Program-made: the position numbers and the translations under genes | In this document: positions 27,656-41,320 of the stretch, piece by piece | Position numbering within the stretch: the first letter of the stretch is position 1 | Layout: each line of letters starts with the position of its first letter | Notes under the pieces: generated by a model | Database searches by the model: none | The model's input: the letters and a program-made list of their open reading frames with translations, nothing else | Told to the model about the DNA's origin: nothing | NCBI GenBank assembly: GCA_964016885.1 | Contig: OZ024742.1 | Location: 46,996,001 to 47,060,000, forward strand | Length of the DNA stretch: 64,000 nucleotides | DNA from: Eledone cirrhosa | Taxonomy: Eukaryota | Reading direction: 5' to 3'

Positions 27656-28699
27656 TTCACATGGAAGTACAGCATATTCGAAGCTCGAGCCGCAACTAAG
27701 CCGAAGAATGCATTCAGAAGTGCAGCCAAGCACTCGATAAGGTATAAAACCTTAGAGTAATAACATAGAGTTTAAAAGGCTTTGCAAATTGAAGATAGCG
27801 ACCGGTAATTCAGCCGCGTGTACCGTAGCAACGAAAAGACTGACTCACGAGAAATAATAATATACATATACAAATACATATATATGCGGTGCCCCAGCAT
27901 GGCCTCAGCCGGATGGCTGAAACAGGTAAAAGAGTAAAAGAGTATATATAAACGGAAAAAATGAGACGAAATTTCATTTCTCACTCTTTGTACGGCTGTT
28001 ACTTAAATATAAGTATGTATACGTACATATATATATGTATACAGACGTACAGTAGTATGTATATATATATACATACATGCACACACATATATATATATAT
28101 ATATATATGTACGTATGGATTTACCGAACATTTATTATAATGCTCGGTGTGTTTGTAAACAAACATCCCGAATTAAGCCGTACAGTGTTTAGCAACCATC
28201 GTTGCCCTTTTGTTCAACACTGACAAAGGAACGATGTACTAGTTTCAAGCGTATTAGCTATCGTCAGCACCGTATACCTTCCAGCCAGATGATTGAACGT
28301 CTGAAAGTATATATTTTCCTTATGCATATTAACGACTGAGCAGCCTAATTTGCATATCGAGTGAGTTAATCGGCCGGGCGGGCGCACCGAAAACGATAAA
28401 CGGAAAAAAATCAAACGCACATTTCTGTGGTGAAACGAACTAAATTCGTATCAGCAAGCTTATAGTTATAAGGTTAGTAATTTAAAACTCTACTTCATAG
28501 ATTTGATTCTGACTTAGTTTTTTTCTATTTAATTGCTAACCTGTAGGTATTGTTCTCCATACAGTAACGGTTAAACAGACATGTAATACATTTTTACACA
28601 CTTCTCACTGTGTAACACACTTCTCTATTTGTATTTGACCTCAGATGAAAATTCTCTGGTCTTATTCGAGCTAATATTAATATAAATGTGAACTGCGGA

Positions 28700-28997
<298 letters not shown>

Positions 28998-29471
28998 GAA
29001 TGTATTGTATATATAATAATATACTGTATGTTTATTTCAAAACATTTTGAATGCCATTCGTTATATACTTTAAGTTAGTTTCGGCAAAAAGCGAAGGGGA
29101 GTAATCGTCGCTAACCATTTCTCAATCGTAAGTGGTTGTCAAGACTGCATACCTCCTCGCTTTTGCCGAAAGCTATAGAAGCTGGATTCATAGAGAATTC
29201 CAGTTATGTTTATGAGCTGTTCAAAATCATTAACATATAGAGCGGTTGTGGGACCAATATAAATTAAAAATTAGTATTAGTGCTCTGATATAGCGATGTA
29301 TACATGAATGTACGTATTGTATATTTAATAACATACTGATATACTGTATATTTACTTTAAAACATTTTGAAGACAATTCGCTATGACTTTAAAGGTAGTG
29401 ACTAACGTCACATACCTAGTCTTGTACGTGGTTCTCAAGGCTACATACCGCATCGCTTTTGCTGAAAGCTA

Positions 29472-30145
<674 letters not shown>

Positions 30146-30294
30146 TATATACATATATATATATATATAATACATATATATATATATATATAATACATAT
30201 ATATATATATATATAATACATATATATATATATAATACACATATATATATATATATATATAATACATATATATATATATATATATATATAATAC

Positions 30295-30395
<101 letters not shown>

Positions 30396-30426
30396 CAATA
30401 ATCAAAGTTCAGTTTAAGTCATTTAT

Positions 30427-30475
30427 TTGCTTACAATTGTTTCCTCCAAACCGAGGTTTGGATTCTTCGGAGCAA
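30427..30475 (-). ncRNA. Type I hammerhead, CCGAAGA core (family B)
   Basis: Identical to 18725-18773. Confidence 0.75.
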
Positions 30476-32395
30476 CTATTTACTGATCTATAACATACTT
30501 GACCTCCTTTTCAACCCAAGAGAGACATAAAACATATGCGCATATTGATCAACAGTGGGGTGACATTCATCAAATGATATAGCATGGCAAATTACATATA
30601 AAGGTTACAGGATAAAAATAAAATAAAAACAAGAATGAAAATAAAGATAAACATGAAGCGTTGGCAGTCTATGAAGATAAAGCAAGAGGAAAGTTTAGAG
30701 TAGTCAGTGTATGAAACAGTCTCACGTGTAGCATGCACGCGTGTCTTATTTATACATGATTAGAGTGCGTCAGAATGATATTTGCAGGGTCAGGCAGTTG
30801 ATGCAGGCAATCGATCTTATTATGTGGACTGGATTATTAAGTCATTTATTCTCATACATCTGTATGATATACAGTCTCGGATGCAGGGAAACACCAAAAT
30901 ATCAAAAAATTTCCACATACTGTAAACCTTATTGTATCGTAGGCAAGGCCGTACCACTGTCCTTGATCACACCACCACTCACATAATCCATGAGACGCAA
31001 TATATATAGAGAACACTTGTCTATCGTATAATGCACGGTGGTTCAGCATATAATCAAGCTATAAACCGTATCCAGTCGGTTCTTAATTAATAGATCATGC
31101 TGTCCAGATTCCGGAAGTGTCTGAATGACTAAGGGAAATTAATGCGTAAGGGGAGGTAACTAGCTAGTTATCTTAGTTAAATTACTATCCTAAACTACAT
31201 TAATGGTGATTCAAATACGTGCCTATCATATGATGTTATAACTAATTTCTAGAGTATGTTTCTCAAGTATAGGTTAGAGAGTTGTCCATTAAGAAGTACA
31301 AGGGTGTATATATTAGGATGATTACCATCCATTAAGGGGTGTCATATCTGAACGTTCTATAAGAGGAGTCAGACTCTCAAGTCACTGTTCCATGCAAATG
31401 TAATATAACAGTAGGACCTGGTATGGTCCCGCTATTATATATGCCCCCCGGTAGGCTTCGGGTCATTGCATGTCTGAATCTCCGGTAAATCTTCGGTATG
31501 GTCCGGAGATCCAATTTCTCATATAAAGGCACTAGTCTGGTCATCAAGCAATAGACAACCCCCGTCTCATATATAAATCAATTAAGTATCACATCTACAA
31601 GTCAGAGTGGAGTCTATTAATAGGTACTAAAGGAGTTCACATCAAGATGATTACAATCTGGAGATTAAATCTCTCATACCAGGGCACCTGTCTGGCCACC
31701 AAGCAATACATAAACCCACGTCCCACATATAGATCAGGTATCCCATCCACAAGTTAGAGTGGAGTCCAGTAACAAGTACTAAAGGAGTTCGTATCATGAT
31801 GACTACAATCCAACATGGGGTGCCACACCCGGCCAATCCATAAGAAGAGTCAGACTACATAATTAACTACATGGGTCTCACTATCAGTAATGGTCTTATT
31901 ATCATACATGACTCCCGGCGAGATTCAGGTCGTAGTATGACTGCATCGCCGGTAAGTTCACCAGGGTGGTCCGGTGGCCGGTTCTTTCGTCAAAAGGTGC
32001 CGGTCAGGTCACCAGGCAACACAGATGCTCCTAACTCATGCATCTCCCGTGCATAGTTCATTGAACTGATCGTTTACAGTATATATTCACATAACAATAC
32101 GATTATCTATCTAATCATCAATCTATCTCTTGGTGGGAATCCATGCACAGGACTATGTTATAGCAACCAGTACCGTGTCCCCAGTTTATACTAATCTTAT
32201 ATTTGTGCAATGCAGAATAAGTAGTCCACGGTCGAGATATCAGAATTAGAGGTACAAGGGGGTATTCCCAGGGTAGGTGGTACTAAAATGCTGTCAGTAT
32301 TATCTTTAGAGTATAGAAATGGGTGTGGATGTGAGGTGTAAGGTGTGCTACTGATGTTAATTGCTAGGGGTGGTGCCGGTTCCAGTCTGACATTA

Positions 32396-34876
32396 TTATA
32401 TATAGGGTTTAAAGTTTTGGAACGAGTGTCGGAAGCGGTGTTGGCAAGTTGCGAACACTTCTGATTTTTTATTAAGGAGATTATGTTTAGAGAAGATGAT
32501 AGTATGGGTCTCTAGTAGACAGAGGTTACAAAATTTATTAGGTGGTTTGTACGATGTTGCACTACCTACCACTTCCCATTTAAGTGTATATATTTTATTT
32601 TTAGTTTTTAGATGGTGTATGTAGCTAGATAGTGAAGTGGAGTTGGCTAGACTGTGTTTTTTGAAAGAGTGGAGGTGCGAATTGTATCTAGTTTTGAAGC
32701 AGTTAGAAGTGGAGCCTATATAGGTTTCAGAAGAGCTGTTAGTTGTGACTGTACATTAGTATATGATATCCTTGGTTAAGCATTCTTTATCTAAAGGGCA
32801 GATTCTACTTGATCTACAGTTACAATTACTCTGGGTGCTAGTCTGCCGGTTACTATGCTGTGTAGAAGTTTGGATGTTAGCTATAGGGTTACGGTTATGT
32901 GGGTTGTGGTACGCAGCGTTAATGTTTACACTAGTGTTATTACTATTATTTCCATTGATATTACGGTTATTTGTTATAATGTTACTTTGACTGTTATTTT
33001 GAATGTTATTTTGAAGGTTTATCGACCGTTGTGATTTAGTTTGTTGGAAGTAAGAATTAATTTTTCTTTTATTTGTACTAGCTATGTGGTATGCTAAGTT
33101 AGGCGTAGTAGAGTATGAGATCTTAATAGTGTTTTTGTTTAAAAGGCCGTGGTACCTGTGGCCGGATGGGAAGTGTTTATCTAGTAGTGAGAAGAAAGCC
33201 CTAGGAAGGTTGGTAGAGACGTTTAAATTGAAAGGAGGGTTGAAAAATGTATTATTTCTTCTTCTATTTCTGTTTTTTATGTGTGGTGATTTGTTTCCTT
33301 TAATGTCCCTATGGTCATTTCTGTGGTGCGGGTTACTTTTGTTGTTACAATCCCTATTAGTGTGTGTGCAGTTGCTATTCCTATTATTAAATTTTCCCAT
33401 GGACATGTTGTGTGAAATGATGTAGCTATGTGTTTTTGTAGGTAGGAACTCTATCCCTGTATTATGGCCTGATCTAGCTAATGCCTGATTATAATACTGC
33501 GAGTTATTGTTAAATGTGTTTATGTCATAGGATTGATTAGAGATTCTATTAGATACTCCCTTAGAGATAGAGTTCAATATAGATTTAGGGTGGTTAGACT
33601 TGGTATCTACGTAGATGAGTTTTTCATTAGGTTTGTGGAAAGGTGCATATATCATTGAGTCTAAATAGAGTGTGGCGTCTAGGAAGTTGACGTTTTTGGT
33701 GTTTTTGTCCATGGTAATACTAAGGTTAAAGTTTTTGAATGTTTTGTGCAATAGTTTTCTAGTCCTTTCTATATTGAAAGTTTTATAGTCTATAAGTAGA
33801 AGTGCATCGTCGCGATACAAACCACCGCTGAGGTACGGAAGTTCCCTGTGGATTAGGTTAAGTAAGTATAGGCCAACTAAATCAGTGACCTGCGCCGAGT
33901 CACTAGACCCCATAGTAATGTCGAAGTTGTTTTGCGTATCCTTGCGGGTCCATAATTGGTCTTCAAAGGTGATTATTGTTTTACGGGCCGCAAGTATGAC
34001 ATCAATCTGGGGTCTAGTCAAGTCACTATTGTCCATGGCCATTATGAGTGCCTTATTTAGTAGGATAGGGGAAATAGAGGTGTAGTAAGAGTTGATATCA
34101 AATTGAATACATTTTTTATCCTTGTTATCTATGATATTTTTGAACCATTCAATCACTTCACCCGTATTTCCCCATTGTTTAAGGTAAATCTTGTGTTTAA
34201 TCTGTGGGATGATTTTGTCTAGGATTTTTTTACTGATAATGCCAATGTCAGACCTGGAGGGGCAGATTAGTCTAATCGAGGGGTTGCTAATGAAGTCTAC
34301 CTTATGGTCCTTCAGAGAGAATTTAGGGGGGTTTGGGGTGTAAGGTTGTGTATGTCTCTGGAGCCCTAGTTTGGATACTATATTATAGCCTTCCATATTA
34401 ATATCTTCCAAGTTTTTCATAGTGGTTTTCTTGTAGCTTTTATGTAGTTCATTATATATAAACTTTCTATACGTATTATAATCTAGGCTGTATATGTTAT
34501 TAGTTTTGTCGGCATGTACAAACATTTTACTACTAGTTTTGAAGTCATTAATAGAGGTGCTAAGTTTGTTTAAGAAGGTGTTGTTTTTATTATGGTGTTT
34601 TTTGTATTTAATGTTTTTAACTAGTTTAATTAGGTCGTTTTTGAAGTGGTTTAGTAGAGTGTTATGAGGGGGGCTTCTAAATGTTTTAAAGCCGAAGGAG
34701 TCAAATTTGTTGGTGTTATTATCCTTGCCAGATTTGTTTCTATCATAATGGAATGTCCTCCATATCACTCTATTGATAAAGGAGTTTACACTCTTGATCA
34801 ACAACTTTTCATATGTATTTTTGGTTGGTAAAGGTATGTTCTTGGTTGACATAGGGAGTTGGTCTTTGATCAGCAT
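32396..34876 (-). pseudogene. PLE reverse transcriptase-GIY-YIG endonuclease ORF (827 codons, one internal TAA at 32756-32758)
   Basis: RT motifs FDINSYY, MGSSDSAQVTDLVG, YRDD, NFLDATL; linker CNCRSSRICPL (CxCx5C). Past the TAA the same frame gives CTVTT..ETYIGST...FKTRYNSH...KWEV...FCNLCLLE...LLNKKSE...CQH. Confidence 0.92.
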
Positions 34877-34965
34877 GCTGGTAATTTATGGTATATCAGC
34901 TCAACAAAATGGAGCAGTTATTCAGCCGTCGGGGTCCTACTCGTTCCTATATATATATATATATA

Positions 34966-35156
34966 TAGGAACGAGTAGGACCCCGACGGCTGAACTCAAG
35001 CCGTTTCGACGGCTAATTCTGTCCATAATTACCCGTCGAAACGGCTTGAGCTCAGCCGTCGGGGTCCTACTCGTTCCTATTACCCACTCTACTACCCTAA
35101 GTATTGAGTATTTTGGTGCGTTATGGTCCATCTGGTTCCTTACCACATTTCCTTCG

Positions 35157-35160
<4 letters not shown>
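34966..35160. mobile_element. Family D hairpin mini-element
   Basis: TAGGAACGAGTAGGACCCCGACGGCTGA...TCAGCCGTCGGGGTCCTACTCGTTCCTA plus extension to CTTCGTTA. Confidence 0.75.
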
Positions 35161-35186
<26 letters not shown>

Positions 35187-35190
<4 letters not shown>

Positions 35191-35485
35191 ATAATAATAA
35201 ATTTGAAGACTAAAATCCAAAGAGGGCTCGATAAGGATAAATATATATAAAATATATAAGAACCGTAGAGTAAATATTTATTAAAATAACAGATTAAAGT
35301 TTAAGCAAAGAATCGCTGCTTTCACCCTTAACAGGATCTTCTGAAACTAAAAAAATAAATCTGTGAACGCAGAAGTAAATATTTCGAAAACGTCGCGAAA
35401 GAAGACAGGAAGACGATACTTTCGTTCGTGGAGATGTTCCCTGGCAAAGAACGGAAAAAATACGAAAATAATACGTCATTATTTG
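35187..35485 (-). mobile_element. Family A PLE 3' terminal fragment with HHR
   Basis: Homologous to 51412-51710. Confidence 0.85.
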
Positions 35486-35498
35486 GAGTGGTCTGAAC

Positions 35499-35571
<73 letters not shown>

Positions 35572-35577
<6 letters not shown>

Positions 35578-38271
35578 TAGTGAAAAATTGAACTGGAACA
35601 AAACAGAGAGGCAGTACGAACAAAGGTTTATTAGTTTCACGCTCTTGAGAGTGGGGTGGTGGTAGGGAACGACGTTTCAGGCATAAGCCCTTCTTCAGGC
35701 AAAAAGTGTGTGCGGGAGAGAGTTCCAAGGGTGTGTAGGGGGGTGGGGAGAGACATTTAGAAAAAAGGGGGTGAGAGGAAATGGTACAAATGAAAATAAA
35801 TATAAAAGCATAATAAAAATAAAAATAAACATGAAGTAAAACAAGTGGTGGAAGGGTGTGGGGTGTGTAGGGGTGTTGGCGGGTGGAGTGGGGAGAGGGA
35901 GTCGGGGTGTCCGAGTGGGGAGGGCTGAAGGTGGTGTGTGTGTGTAGGGGTACGTGTATGTTTGTGTGTGTGTATGTGAATGTGAGAGTTGGGGGAAGAA
36001 CGGGGTTGCATGTTCAGGAAAAGGTGTGTGTGGGGTGGGGTGTAAGTCGGTGTGTGTGTGAGTGTGTGGATGGAGAGGGGTCCTATGGGTGGGGAAGGGG
36101 GGGGGGAGGATTCCGGAGGCTGAGTGTGTAAATATGTGGTGGTACGCACGTGTGTGTGGTGTTTATACGTATTGTGGTTGTAGGTAGCGTGTGGGAAAAC
36201 AAATGTGTGTGAGTGTATGTCCGTGGGTAAGTTCCTAAGGTAGTTCCGTAGAGAATGTGGTGGAACGCTGGATAATTTCCTTGTGATGGAGTTGATTCGT
36301 GGGAGGGATGTCCAATGTGTGTAATCCGTGGTTGGGTTGGTCGGAAGAGGGGAGATGTGGGGTGCGCACGCAATAGGAAGTGGCCAAAGGGTCAATGCAG
36401 AAGGAGGGTTGTCTGTCTATGTGTGCGGAGAGGTGCGCAGAAATTCAGGTCATAGCAGAAGTAGGGGAGAATGGTAGGAGGAGAAAGTCGGTGTGTCAGT
36501 GTGTGCGGAGGTGCGGTGGACAGGGGATGGGATAGGTAGGTGTGAAAGGGTGAAGTGGGGAGGGTGTGTATTAGTAGGGTGTTAGTTGGATGTGTGTGTG
36601 TGTGTGTGTGTGTGAGAAGGGGTGTGGGTGGAGCGCGGAGAGGGAGGGGTCGATAACGGTGTGGGGGCCGGTGGAGGGAGTGTAGTGTACTTGTGTTTGT
36701 GTGCGTGTTTGGATGAGTGTGTGTGTGGTGAAGTATACTGGTGGTGGGGAAAGGGTTGAATGCGGGTGTTAGTGAGGGTCAGTGGTGGTAGGGTGTGTAG
36801 AGTGGGTGCTGTAAGTGGGTATGTGTGTTCGTGTGCGTGGGGTCGGGGGGATGTTAGTGGTATTAGTTGTAGGGTGGTGGGAGTGGATGTGTGGGTGAGG
36901 GTTAGTGGTGCTAGTAGGGTGTGTGGTTAGTGTGAGTGCGGGTATATATGTACCGGTGGGTGTGTGCGTGATAAGGGGAGGGGGGAGGGGAGAAGAAAGC
37001 ATGTTAGTATTGTTAGTTGGGGAAGGGTGGTCGGGTGTTGGGTGGGGTGTTAGTTGTGGGGTGGGCGGTGAAAAGGTGGGGTGTGTTAGTGGTGTTAGTG
37101 GGGATATTTGTGTGGGGGCGGTCGAAGGCTAAAGGAATAGGGGTGGGGAGTTCAGGCCGGGGGAGTGTGGGTCTGTAGGGTGAAGATGGTGCGTTATTCG
37201 ACCCTGAGGAGGGTGGCGGGTGTTCCGTGGCATTGGAGTAGGCCACAGACTGCGAGGTGGTGCGCGGAATGTCCAGGGGAGCCAAAGTCGCGGGCGATGG
37301 GGGAACTACCGCCGAGACGAATATCTCGGAGGTGTTCGGAAAAACGGTCCGCCAGGCGGCGTCCAGTCTGTCCGACGTAGGTTGCGCTGCACTTCGTGCA
37401 GCGAGGTCCATAGACTACGTTGGAGGAGGTGCAGCAGAAGGCATGCCGGACAGAGAGAGAATGGCGGTTGGGACCCTGGAAGGTGGTTGTGTTGGTGATG
37501 TGGGGACAGGTGTTGCAACGATACCTGGAACAGGGAAGGGAAACGGGGGGGGGGGGGCTGCGGACGAGGAGGGTGCGGAGATTGCGTGCGCGTTTGAAAG
37601 AGGGGAGTGGTGGGGCTGGGAAGATGTGGGAGGTGGAGGGGTCGGACTGGAGGCGTCGAAAGGGGGAGGAGGATGGTGCGTTGGAGGGGTAGGGTGGAGG
37701 GGTGGTAATTGATGGGGAAGGAGAAACGGTGGGTGGGTGGGCGGTGGCGTGGGGTGAGGGTGGTGGAGCGCTGGACAGCACGGGCGGGAGTGAGAACAGT
37801 GTGGACGAGAGAGGGGGGTAACCTCTGCGGATGAAATGGCTGAGTAGAAAAAGGCCCTGGCACTCAAAGTCAGCATCTCGGCTACAGAGGCGGCGGATCC
37901 TGAGGAGTTGGGAGTAGGGAATAGAGTGTTTAGTGTGTGTTAGGGTGGGAAGAAGTGAAGTCGAGGTAGGAGGGGGAGTCAGTGGGTTTGAAGAAGGCGG
38001 AGGTGACGAGGGAGTGGTGGGAGGGGTCGCAGGCGACGGAGATGTCTAGGAAGTGGACGTGGGTGGTGGAGATAGAGCTGGTGAAATGGAGGGAGGGGTG
38101 GAAGGAGCAAAAGAAGGAGGGAAAGGAGTCGAGCTGTTCTCGGGTAAGGGTCGTGGCTCCGATACAGTCGTCGATGTAACGACCGTACAGTTCGGGCGTG
38201 AGGCCGGTATACTGGGCAAAGATTTGGGCCTCAACATGGCCAACAAAATGGTTGGCATAGTTTGGGCCCAT
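35572..38271 (-). mobile_element. Neptune-type Penelope-like element, 5'-truncated, frameshifted
   Basis: MGPNYAN...RYIDD...FLDISV...FKPTDSPSYL (37930-38271); PCSRYRCNTCPHI...CTSSNVVY..RCTKCSATYVGQTGRRLADRFSEH (~37100-37600); CT-rich 3' UTR; HHR CTGAAGA-AGGGC-TTAT-GCCT-GAAACGTC at ~35666-35703. Confidence 0.85.
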
Positions 38272-38518
38272 TATATATATATATATTTATCATTTATTTT
38301 GTTTGACCTGTTTAGCTTGATTTGTTTTTTGGCTTAGGTGGTTAATGCCTTCTTAACCACTTTTTCAGTTTGTATGGCGATTTAACATATTGTTTAGCTC
38401 TGGTTTTTTAACTATTGAGCGGTTGCCAGCATTTCTACGATTTTGCGTTTCGTTTCGCTTTTTCTACCACCCGAAATACGATTCTCGCTGAATTATATTT
38501 GTATATATATATATATAT

Positions 38519-39129
38519 AGAAGAAAGAAGAATACTGCGTGGTTGCACATAGGTTACATATGATAAAAATAGTCCTACGTCAGAGATTTCTAACCATCAT
38601 TGGTATTTCATCGCATTAAAAATCATATACCTCAGGTTGGTGCGGGCAATAAATAAAAAAAGTTATTGGGACCAGTAAATCGCGTAAAACGAGGGGGACA
38701 CGTGAACAACATAGAAGGATAAAAGCAAACCAAAGAAAGGAAATAAACAAGCAACATGGTAGTCCTGGTCAGCATAAACTGGGTGGATTTCAATATCGAA
38801 AGGTACAGACGTCCGGCGTGAGTGGGATGTAAGCAAGAAGAGATCCACTGTAAGCCAAACGGGAGGAAGTGAGAAGGGGAGAAACAGAGAGTGAGTGAGT
38901 GGAAGTGCGAGGAAGCGGTCAGTCGAGAGAAAGTGTAACTGACAGAGAGTGCGAAAGAAGGTGAGAGAAACAGAGAGAACGGGGAAGCAGTAAGAGAGAA
39001 ACAGACAAACACAGCCGAGGTGAATATATATAAAAAACATGAGAAGAAAGAAGAATACTGCGTGGTTGCACATAGGTTACATATGATAAAAATAGCCCTT
39101 CGTCAGTGATTTTCCAGCCATCATTGGTA

Positions 39130-39132
<3 letters not shown>
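38519..39132. mobile_element. Non-coding insert with ~90-bp terminal direct repeat, in (TA)n
   Basis: 38519-38609 is repeated at 39042-39132. Confidence 0.65.
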
Positions 39133-39168
<36 letters not shown>

Positions 39169-39169
39169 T

Positions 39170-40470
39170 CTTTTTTTTTATAAAATGGAGACAGTAAACA
39201 GAAAACAAAAAAAAACTCGGAAGCGAAGAGGCAGTACAAATGTTATTATTAGTTTTACGCTTGAGAGTGGGCGGGTGGTTGACGACGTTTCGGGCATAAG
39301 CCCTTCATCAGGTGAAAAAGTGGGCAGAAAGAGGGTTCCGAGGGTGTGTGGGGAGTGGTGGAATGAGATAAAAAAGTGGGGGAGAGAAACGGAGGAAAAG
39401 GAATATTAGAGTAAAAAAATTAAAAATAAAAAGATACAAGTGGGGAAAGGGTGTGAGGCGTGTAGGGGTGGTGGTGGGTGGAGAAGGAGATGTGGGGGAG
39501 GGGGTCCGAGCGGGGAGGGCTGAAGGTGGTGTGTGTGTATGTGGGTAGGTGTACGTGTGTGTGTGTGTGTATGTGTGGATGTGAATGTGAGAGTTGGAGG
39601 AAGAACGAGGTACCATGCTCGGGTAATAGGGAAACCGGTGTGTACATGTGGTGGGGTGTAAGTCGGTGTGTTTGTGCGTGTGGATGGAGAGAGGGCGCGT
39701 GATGTCAGGAGGCTGAGTGTTTGTATGTGGGGATACGCACGTGTGTGTGTGTGTTTATATGTCGTGTGGATGTATGGTAGCGTGGTGCGAAAATAGTATA
39801 AGTGTTTGTGTGTGTGTGTGTGTTGCTGGGGTTTTTCCACTGACTGTGAGACCAGATGTTGGTGATTCTGAGTGTGGCAGGATGGATCCTGGTATGGTAG
39901 TGAGGAAGTGGAGAATTGTGGGGTGCGCGCGCAACAGGAAGTGGTCAGAGGGTCGAGGCAGGGCGAAGTAAGTGGGAGGGAGGAAATAGCAGCAGGGAGA
40001 TGACAGCAGGCTGTAGTGTGGGGGCTGACAGGTATGGAGAGGTCAGTATGTGGTGTGATATGTGTGAATGTGTGTGCGGAGGTGCGATGGTCAGGGGTGG
40101 AGATGGGTAGGTGTGAAAGGTGGAGGGAGAGGATGGTGGTGTGGGAAGTTGGTGTGTATATCAGTGGATGTGTTAGTGTGGAGCGAGGGGGGTAGAGCCG
40201 GGAGAGAGAAGGTGTTGGGGACGGTATGAGGGAGTAAAGTGTACTGGTGTGTGTGTGTGTGTGCGTGTAGAGTGGGTGTTGGTATTACTGGTGGTGAGGG
40301 AGGGGCTGAATGCAGGTGTGTGAGTGTTGGTTAGTGGTAGTAGTAGGGTGTGTGAATAGTGTGAGTACAGATGGGTGTGGGTGCACGGATGCTGGGGGAG
40401 GGGTGGCGATGTTAGTATTATTAGTAGTGGAGTGGGCCTGGGGGTGGGGGTGTTAGTATTGTTAGTTGTG
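39170..40470 (-). mobile_element. Second Neptune-type 3' UTR copy with HHR at 39279-39316
   Basis: Collinear with 35590-36880; TTCAC-CTGATGA-AGGGC-TTAT-GCCC-GAAACGTC-GTCAA. Confidence 0.8.
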
Positions 40471-40474
40471 ATAA

Positions 40475-40715
40475 ATAATTGTTTCTACTTTTGGCACAAG
40501 GCCAGCAATAATCCAGTGCATTACTGGTAACTATGCTGGAAAGCATGGCGTTCGACTTTGTACCGATACTGCTAATTCACTGCCCTTTCAGACAAATAAT
40601 TGTTTCTACTTTTGGCACAAGACAGCAAAGATTCCAGTGCATTACTGGTACTTTATTTTATTGACCCCGTAAGGATGAAAGGCAAAGTTAACCTCGGTGG
40701 GATTTGAACTCAGAT
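40475..40715 (-). mobile_element. Two partial tRNA-SINE copies
   Basis: AATAATTGTTTCTACTTTTGGCACAAG tails at 40475 and 40595. Confidence 0.8.
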
Positions 40716-40739
40716 AGATATTAAGTAGGCTGAGCAAAT

Positions 40740-41320
40740 GAAAAGGTACGTTATAATCATTGTTGTAAAAGTGATAGAGCGATAGTTTCCTTCTAGAACG
40801 TTGCTCACACCTTCGTCGTCAAAGTTAGAAAGGATTAGAAAGCTGCTGATGGGGATCTAAGGACAAACCCCATACATAAGATTCTAATACAATCAGATCG
40901 CATAAGTTAGTAAACAAAGTTCACAATTTAAGTTCACAGTTTAATCGATAAAAAACCAGTGGCATCGCAAACGACATTATGGTTCAGAATGCATCACCAG
41001 AAGAGTTGTCAATGAAGACATTCTATACACGTCTTATATGATGCGAAGAGGCCAATTTATGTCGCTAAAAGAAAATCATATGGTCAATGCAAAGCTTTCT
41101 GAATTAGATAAAACATGAAGAACCTGGCATTCTTTGCTTCTTTTCTAATGAGAAAAAAACTTTGATCAAGACCAAAAGGTAAACCAAAAGGGAACTATAT
41201 ATGGCTATAGAGAAACCCAAATGATGTTTCAACGGTCATGCACACAAACTTCCCAGCAACTGTAGTGGTTCTGTGTATCATCAACAACGAGGGAGATATC
41301 ATGCCGTCTCATCCCTTTTC
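40740..41320 (+). mobile_element. Tc1/mariner (maT/DD37D-like) transposase fragment, decayed
   Basis: EDILYTSYMMRRGQFMS...IKHEEPGILCFFSNEKK/FDQDQKVN...VMHTNFPATVVVLCIINNEGDIMPSH. Confidence 0.75.

Noticed and set aside
32756-32758. Selenocysteine recoding of the internal stop (as in Naiad PLEs)
   Set aside because: The codon is TAA, not TGA, and aligns with K/Q in paralogs; a point nonsense mutation is simpler.
35757-37130. Pro/Thr/His-rich ORFs (also 39308-40110)
   Set aside because: Low-complexity 3' UTR of the Neptune-type element; frames are not conserved between the two copies.
38570-38640. Hammerhead in the 38519 repeat, in family D, or at 59025-59075
   Set aside because: CTGA and GAAA words are present, but I could not close all three stems with a valid NUH site.
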